Translations under genes and position numbers: made by a program
Shown: positions 58,603 to 64,000 of the stretch, in pieces
Numbering within the stretch: the first letter of the stretch is position 1
Layout of the letters: every line of letters starts with the position of its first letter
Assembly: GCA_050288105.1 (NCBI GenBank)
Contig: JBNKDE010000014.1
Location: 10,539-74,538 of the forward strand
Length of the DNA: 64,000 nucleotides
Direction of reading: 5' to 3'
From: Gammaproteobacteria bacterium
GTDB taxonomy: Bacteria > Pseudomonadota > Gammaproteobacteria > GCA-001735895
The notes under the pieces: model-generated
What the model was told of the DNA's origin: nothing
The model's input: only the letters and a program-made list of their open reading frames with translations
The model's database searches: none

Positions 58603-60897
58603 GTGCAGTTCGCGCGCAATTTTATTGTATCGAGCATATTCCTGCTGTTTGGCTTATTCAGCCAGCACTTATGGGCAGATAATGCCAACAACCAGGACAA
58701 GGTACAGCTTAAATTACTCTGGCACCATCAGTTCCAGTTTGCCGGATATTATATTGCCATGGAAAAAGGATACTATTCGGCATCAGGCCTGGATGTCGAA
58801 ATCTCAGAATATGAGGGTAGTGAAGACAACATAGCGCTGGTGTTGTCCGGGCAGGCAGACTTCGCGGTTGCCCGCTCTAATTTAATCATAGATCGAGCCA
58901 TGGGTAAGGATGTTGTCGCTCTGTATGCAACCTTTCAAACCTCACCATTGATGTTACTGACCAAAGGATTCACCGGTCTTAATTCACCTGCCGATTTAAA
59001 AGGGCACAGAATCATGATCACTACAGCTGCCCAGAGATCTGGCGAATTACTCGCAATGCTCGCTCAGGCAGGATTAAGTCCCAGCGATTACGTCAGGCAG
59101 GAGCACAGCTTTAACATTGCAGACCTGATCAATGATAAAACCGATGCCATTGCGTCGTATATTTCCAATGAGCCTTACCGACTGATTCAGCATGGTATTC
59201 CCTATAACATCCTGCACCCCGCTGATTACGGGTTCAAAATGTACTCTGACCTGCTATTCACCTCGGGCAAGCGGGTTCGGGAAAATCCAGCCATGGTTGA
59301 AAAATTTTATCAGGCGAGTATTGCCGGATGGAAATACGCATTTGCCAATATCCAGGAAACTGCTGAGATTATCTATAAAAAATACAACAACCATCAACGC
59401 AGTAGAGAAGCTTTACTATTCGAAGGACAGGAGTTAAAGAAACTGGCTTTCGACGGCGCCGGTAACTTTGGCACCTTATCCCCACAAAGACTGCAATCAA
59501 TGGCCCAGGTCTATCTATTGACCGGTTTTCTGGAAGAGGAGCCCGAGCTGGATGGATTTATCTATCATCCCCCTTTAAAACCGTTAAACCTGTCTTACGA
59601 AGAACTGGAATATATTAAACACAAAAAGTCTGTAAACATTTGCGTGCAAAGCCATTGGGAGCCCTTTGAACAACTGCGTAACGGTCAGTTTGAAGGCATA
59701 GTCGCAGACCTGCTGGATCTGGTGCGAGATAAAACAGGATTGTCACTGCAGTTCAAGCCAACCGATTCAAGACAGCAGGCAGTCACCCTGACCTCTCAGC
59801 AAATATGCGACGCAACGACCCTGTATAATGTAGCAAAAAACAATACTAACCTGCTGTTTACCGATCCCATTATTAACATCACACATGCCTACCTGATCAA
59901 CAATCGTGACAAGCAACGACAGGAGATTACGCGCCATGTGGCTATTCTAAACCAGCAATTCTGTAATTACTGTACCGATCAATTATTACCCTCCAGTAAA
60001 CTTACCCGAGTGAATAGCCTGACTACGGGTATTCGTTACCTTAGAGAACAACGCGTAGATAGCGTGTTTGCCTCGGAAGCACAACTTCAACTGGCATTAT
60101 CTAAACAGCAGATAGACGATCTTTATATTAACAAAGAGCTACTTCCCAACTCAGGGCTGAGTCTGGCGGTATTCAATCAGCCGGCACTGTTAAACATATT
60201 GAATAAGGGCATACAGGCGATTAGCCAGCAGGAACGTGACCGCATCTTCAGCCAGCGCATGATCGCACTACCAGACTCGGGCCTCAGGACAACCACTTAC
60301 TGGGTTATTATCGGCCTGATCGCGGTTATATCATTATTTTTTATCTATCGATTCTATCGTGAATCTATGCGCAACCGCTTGCTCAAGGAATTATCCGAGA
60401 CTGACCAGCTGACCGGTATTGCAAACCGTCGAAAAATCATTGAAGAGGTCAATAAGTTTATTAATCTCGCACTACGCTATAACAAAAAACTGTCGCTGGT
60501 TTATTTCGATATAGATGACTTTAAACTGGTGAATGATCAATTCGGTCATGAAGCCGGCGATATGGTGCTGGTTGAACTGACCGAACTGATCCTGAAAAAT
60601 ATTCGAAAAACCGATCTGTTTGGTCGTCTGGGTGGCGAGGAGTTCGTGATACTTAGTCCCGAATCCGATATTACCGACTGTAAAAACCTGCTTTCCGGTT
60701 TACGTAGAAAAATTGTAAGCCATCAATTTTCCATTAAACATCAGATTAGCTGCAGTTTCGGTATTGCACAGTTCAGACCTCAGGATACCAGTGACTCTCT
60801 AATCAATCGTGCTGATTCTGCCATGTACAAGGCCAAGCATTCGGGAAAAAACACAGTAGTAGCTGTAAACCAGGAAAACCAGTATCTGTATGATTAG
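58603..60897 (+). CDS. Diguanylate cyclase with a periplasmic NMT1/THI5-like plus SBP_bac_3-like tandem sensor
   Basis: 764 aa with a GTG start and a signal peptide. The N-terminal roughly 300 aa are clearly paralogous to the N-terminus of the 45807-49577 kinase (LLWxHQFxFAGxY, GQADFAV). After a TM helix there is an intact GGDEF domain (DQLTGIANRR, RLGGEEF). Confidence 0.9.
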   Translation: MQFARNFIVSSIFLLFGLFSQHLWADNANNQDKVQLKLLWHHQFQFAGYYIAMEKGYYSASGLDVEISEYEGSEDNIALVLSGQADFAVARSNLIIDRAMGKDVVALYATFQTSPLMLLTKGFTGLNSPADLKGHRIMITTAAQRSGELLAMLAQAGLSPSDYVRQEHSFNIADLINDKTDAIASYISNEPYRLIQHGIPYNILHPADYGFKMYSDLLFTSGKRVRENPAMVEKFYQASIAGWKYAFANIQETAEIIYKKYNNHQRSREALLFEGQELKKLAFDGAGNFGTLSPQRLQSMAQVYLLTGFLEEEPELDGFIYHPPLKPLNLSYEELEYIKHKKSVNICVQSHWEPFEQLRNGQFEGIVADLLDLVRDKTGLSLQFKPTDSRQQAVTLTSQQICDATTLYNVAKNNTNLLFTDPIINITHAYLINNRDKQRQEITRHVAILNQQFCNYCTDQLLPSSKLTRVNSLTTGIRYLREQRVDSVFASEAQLQLALSKQQIDDLYINKELLPNSGLSLAVFNQPALLNILNKGIQAISQQERDRIFSQRMIALPDSGLRTTTYWVIIGLIAVISLFFIYRFYRESMRNRLLKELSETDQLTGIANRRKIIEEVNKFINLALRYNKKLSLVYFDIDDFKLVNDQFGHEAGDMVLVELTELILKNIRKTDLFGRLGGEEFVILSPESDITDCKNLLSGLRRKIVSHQFSIKHQISCSFGIAQFRPQDTSDSLINRADSAMYKAKHSGKNTVVAVNQENQYLYD

Positions 60898-61138
60898 CTG
60901 CCAAACCCATGACTACCTCGAAATAGCCTGCCTGTATGGCTTTGCAGTCAGGATAAGGTTACACAGTGACGAACTGATTGAAGGAAAAGCAATAACGACT
61001 GAAACCTCAGCAGATAAACGTGAATGGCTAATCGTCGAACAGCACAGTGAGCGCATTAGTATTGAACTGCAACAGATTAAAAGTATGCAGGCTTTAAGTC
61101 CCAATCCGCACTTTGATCTAATAACATTTGAAGGTTGA
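60890..61138 (+). CDS. rof: Rof-like Rho-binding antiterminator family protein
   Basis: 82 aa starting MISCQTHDYLEIACLY, which corresponds to the C..YD.LE.AC opening of Rof/YaeO. The ATG overlaps the end of the upstream GGDEF gene by 8 nt. Confidence 0.6.
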   Translation: MISCQTHDYLEIACLYGFAVRIRLHSDELIEGKAITTETSADKREWLIVEQHSERISIELQQIKSMQALSPNPHFDLITFEG

Positions 61139-62263
61139 TTAAGACCTGATTGCTGCAATCAGTTCTACAACTTCATCAAGCTGCTGCACTGGCGTATAAA
61201 AATGCGGCGACAAACGTACGCCACCGCCACGCGCTGCACATAGTACTGAATGCTCACCCAGATGCCGATACAGATCGCTATCAGTAATCTTCTTATGCCT
61301 GAAGGTAACAATACCGGACAGGCGGCTGCTGCTATCAACTGAGATAACTTCAACATCGTTGATCGCCCGCAGTGCCTGCATCAGATGCAGACTGTTTTGC
61401 ACTACTCTGTCACCAATTTTGGACAGCCCGGTTTCCAGCAACAGCTGCAAACTGCTGTTGAGCGCATGTATGCCCATCATATTCGGACTACCGCACTCGA
61501 AGCGTCTGGCACTGTTCTCGATTTCAAATTCCTGCTGCGAATAGTCAGTCAGCTTCTGCGTCATACGCCAGCCATACTGCCTGATCGATAATCTATCCAT
61601 AATAGCCTGTCGTATGTAAAAAAGCCCCAGACCTTCCGGTGCCAGCATCCACTTATGACCGTCAGCTATCACAAAATCAGCCGCAATAGCCTGGACGTCA
61701 AACGGCAGTGCACCCAGCTGCTGGATGGCATCCACGCAAAACAGGATATTATGTTCACGACAGAATTCGCCTACTCGCGCGAGGTCCATGCGCAGTCCAT
61801 TATGGTATTGCACTGCGCTGATGGAAATGAGTCGAGTTTTCGCATCGCAGAGCTCAAACAGCGCCTGCTCAGGATCATTCGTTCCCCGTAAATCAAGCTT
61901 ACGGAATTCGACTCCCTGACTGGACAGGGACTCCCACACAAAGCGGTTGGAGGGGAACTCCTGCTGGATACCCACCACGTTCTCACCTGCCTTCCAGTCC
62001 AGTCCATAAGCCACAAAGGACAGACCTTCCGAAGTATTCTTCACCAACGCGATTTCATCAGCAGAGTGTGCATTAATCAAAGTTTTGCAGGCTTCGCGTA
62101 GTTCGCTTTCTACCTCCATCCACTGCAGGTAGTTAAGCGAGCCCTGCTGCACATTCTCATCGGCAAATTGTTTTACTACATCAGCTGTGCACTGAGGCCA
62201 GGGGCCTACGGCTGCATGATTCAGGTGGATCAGGCGCTCGATTACTGGAAATTGTCGTTGCAT
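61139..62263 (-). CDS. Class V aminotransferase-fold PLP enzyme (cysteine desulfurase / selenocysteine lyase-like)
   Basis: 374 aa with the PLP-Lys context ADGHKWMLAPEG and a class V fold pattern. Confidence 0.85.
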   Translation of the reverse strand: MQRQFPVIERLIHLNHAAVGPWPQCTADVVKQFADENVQQGSLNYLQWMEVESELREACKTLINAHSADEIALVKNTSEGLSFVAYGLDWKAGENVVGIQQEFPSNRFVWESLSSQGVEFRKLDLRGTNDPEQALFELCDAKTRLISISAVQYHNGLRMDLARVGEFCREHNILFCVDAIQQLGALPFDVQAIAADFVIADGHKWMLAPEGLGLFYIRQAIMDRLSIRQYGWRMTQKLTDYSQQEFEIENSARRFECGSPNMMGIHALNSSLQLLLETGLSKIGDRVVQNSLHLMQALRAINDVEVISVDSSSRLSGIVTFRHKKITDSDLYRHLGEHSVLCAARGGGVRLSPHFYTPVQQLDEVVELIAAIRS

Positions 62264-62349
62264 AAAACGTTTTACTATTAATACGGTAAGAGCGGACTAT
62301 ATCATTTTTCGTCGTCTGCTTTTAGCTACTTCAACATTCACTATCGGGC

Positions 62350-62381
62350 AAAAAAAAACCGCGATAATAATCGCGGTTTTT
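62350..62381 (-). terminator. Rho-independent terminator downstream of nhaD (A-run/T-run on both sides, potentially bidirectional)
   Basis: The stem is AAAACCGCGA / TCGCGGTTTT (10 bp) with a TAATAA loop. On the minus strand the hairpin is followed by a run of 9 T. It lies 20 nt after the nhaD stop. Confidence 0.8.
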
Positions 62382-62399
62382 CTACTCGAAGTAGCAACC

Positions 62400-63851
62400 T
62401 TAGAAGCGAGCCGAATTAATCAGCATATGTGCATAGATACTACCGGCGTAACCTAAGGCGATCACCGGGGTCCACTTTAAATGTCCGAAAAAAGTGTAAT
62501 AGCCTCGTGCCTGGCCCATCAATGCCACACCTGCTGCAGAACCCACCGAGAGCAGGCTTCCACCTACACCCGCAGTCAGGGTCACCAGCAACCACTGGCC
62601 CTGAGACATATCTGGATTCATGGTCAGCACCGCAAACATAACCGGAATATTATCGACAATCGCCGATAGCAGCCCTACCAGCACATTCGCATTGGTTGCA
62701 CCCAGATCGCTGTACATAAATTGCGAAGCCATCGCCAGATATCCGATCAGCCCCAGTCCACCCACACACAGGATTACGCCGTAAAAGAAAAACAGGGTAT
62801 CCCACTCAGCCAGTTTGACCTTATTAAAGATATCAAAGTAGTCATCACCCGAGGAGTCATCCAGTGCCTGGATACCGGTATCATGATCGACAATGTCTAC
62901 GTTCGCCGGATTCTGCCCATGTTTCTTCTTTTTCAGGTAATAGCCCATGAACATCAAATAGCTCAGGCCGGTCATCATGCCGGCAACTGGTGGCAAATGC
63001 ACAAAGTTATGGAAGCTAACCGCAGTAATAATGGTCAAAATAAACAATACGACAATTGCCGCGGCGCCATCTTTCATGACCACTTTTTCATCCAGAGCAT
63101 CCGGTTGATCATTAGAAACAAAAAACGACATGATTAATGCAGGGATAACAAAGTTAACCACAGAAGGGATGAATAACACAAAAAAGGTACCAAAGTCTAT
63201 GATACCCTTCTGCCACACCATCAGGGTGGTAATATCACCAAATGGACTGAAAGCACCACCCGCATTGGCGGCCACCACGATATTGATACAGGCAAGCAGA
63301 ATGAAGTTTTTATTGTCTCCACCTACCGACAGCACAACTGCACACATTAACAGCGCGGTGGTCAGGTTATCGGCTATAGGTGAAATAAAGAATGCCAGAA
63401 TACCGGTAATCCAGAACAGCTGGCGCAGCGTAAATCCCTTGGTTACCAGCCATGCCTTAAGCCGATCAAACACCAGGCGCTCTTCCATCGCGTTGATATA
63501 GGTCATTGCCACCAGCAGGAACAGAAATAGCTCGCCATACTCCAGAATATTATGGCGTATCGCCATCTCAGCTGTGTGATTATCACCATGCTGACTGTAC
63601 ACGATAGCAACCAGTAACCAGATCAGGCCTGCTGCCAGGATGACCGGCTTGGACTTACGCAAATGAATAAATTCTTCCATCATTACCAGCGAGTAAGCCG
63701 CTACGAAAATGATGATTGCGGTGATACCCACCCAATGACCGGTCAGGTCCAGTGTTTCACCCGTCGCAGTGGAAGCAAAACTGACTGCAGGCATCAATAA
63801 TCCCGCAAATATCGCAGACAGGAACCAAATTGGATTGACTCTGGATTTCAT
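62400..63851 (-). CDS. nhaD: NhaD-type Na+/H+ antiporter
   Basis: 483 aa polytopic membrane protein of the ArsB/NhaD permease superfamily. Its length and N-terminal signal-like segment are typical of NhaD. A strong RBS (AAGGAGAA) precedes the ATG. Confidence 0.72.
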   Translation of the reverse strand: MKSRVNPIWFLSAIFAGLLMPAVSFASTATGETLDLTGHWVGITAIIIFVAAYSLVMMEEFIHLRKSKPVILAAGLIWLLVAIVYSQHGDNHTAEMAIRHNILEYGELFLFLLVAMTYINAMEERLVFDRLKAWLVTKGFTLRQLFWITGILAFFISPIADNLTTALLMCAVVLSVGGDNKNFILLACINIVVAANAGGAFSPFGDITTLMVWQKGIIDFGTFFVLFIPSVVNFVIPALIMSFFVSNDQPDALDEKVVMKDGAAAIVVLFILTIITAVSFHNFVHLPPVAGMMTGLSYLMFMGYYLKKKKHGQNPANVDIVDHDTGIQALDDSSGDDYFDIFNKVKLAEWDTLFFFYGVILCVGGLGLIGYLAMASQFMYSDLGATNANVLVGLLSAIVDNIPVMFAVLTMNPDMSQGQWLLVTLTAGVGGSLLSVGSAAGVALMGQARGYYTFFGHLKWTPVIALGYAGSIYAHMLINSARF

Positions 63852-64000
63852 AGGTTCTCCTTATTTTTATAACCAGTTACAAACTGATAAACAGAATACA
63901 AAATAACGGCGCCCTGTTTATCACAAACCGGCAAAAGTCATTAGACAAAAAATCTATAATAGCTATAGCTTATTCTCGTTGTTAATCCAGTACGCGACTG

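Overview
This is a 64-kb chromosomal segment that is mostly housekeeping, with typical gammaproteobacterial gene order. The main blocks are ybgC'-ruvBAC, hisBHAFIE-tatABC, dtd-pip, ttcA and trkHA-ntrXY-DUF4390-rsmB-fmt-def. They are followed by the divergent lysM-dprA-smg-topA-tsaC-hemF block, sco/PCuAC, a potFGHI-like transporter, mobB, pntAB and nhaD. I call about 60 protein genes. I see no rRNA or tRNA genes, no CRISPR array, and no transposase, integrase or phage genes. There is therefore no obvious accessory or defence island, and I cannot honestly point to a clear-cut new multi-gene system. Five items are not explained by the ORF track or look unusual. (1) The pip-ttcA gap holds an unannotated GGA-rich sRNA with its own intrinsic terminator, preceded by an 18-bp GacA/UvrY-type palindrome; it looks like a Csr/Rsm-family sponge RNA. 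(2) A compact two-gene module encodes a Cyc2-like fused monohaem cytochrome-porin plus a secreted dihaem cytochrome c. It sits behind a roughly 400-bp AT-rich region with Fur-box-like palindromes. (3) A 1060-aa fusion joins an RND/MMPL-type exporter to a cNMP-binding domain and a fully degenerate GGDEF domain, downstream of a MarR gene with palindromic candidate operators. (4) Two paralogous tandem periplasmic binding-protein sensor modules are wired to different outputs, one to a hybrid His kinase and one to a GGDEF cyclase. The cyclase gene overlaps a Rof-like gene. (5) Several housekeeping proteins have atypical tails or domains: TatC has a roughly 120-aa acidic tail, TopA lacks Zn ribbons and carries a Lys/Ala tail, and NtrX has a degenerate AAA+ core. 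All protein calls rest on motif and architecture recognition by eye plus synteny. No database, HMM or folding computation was run.
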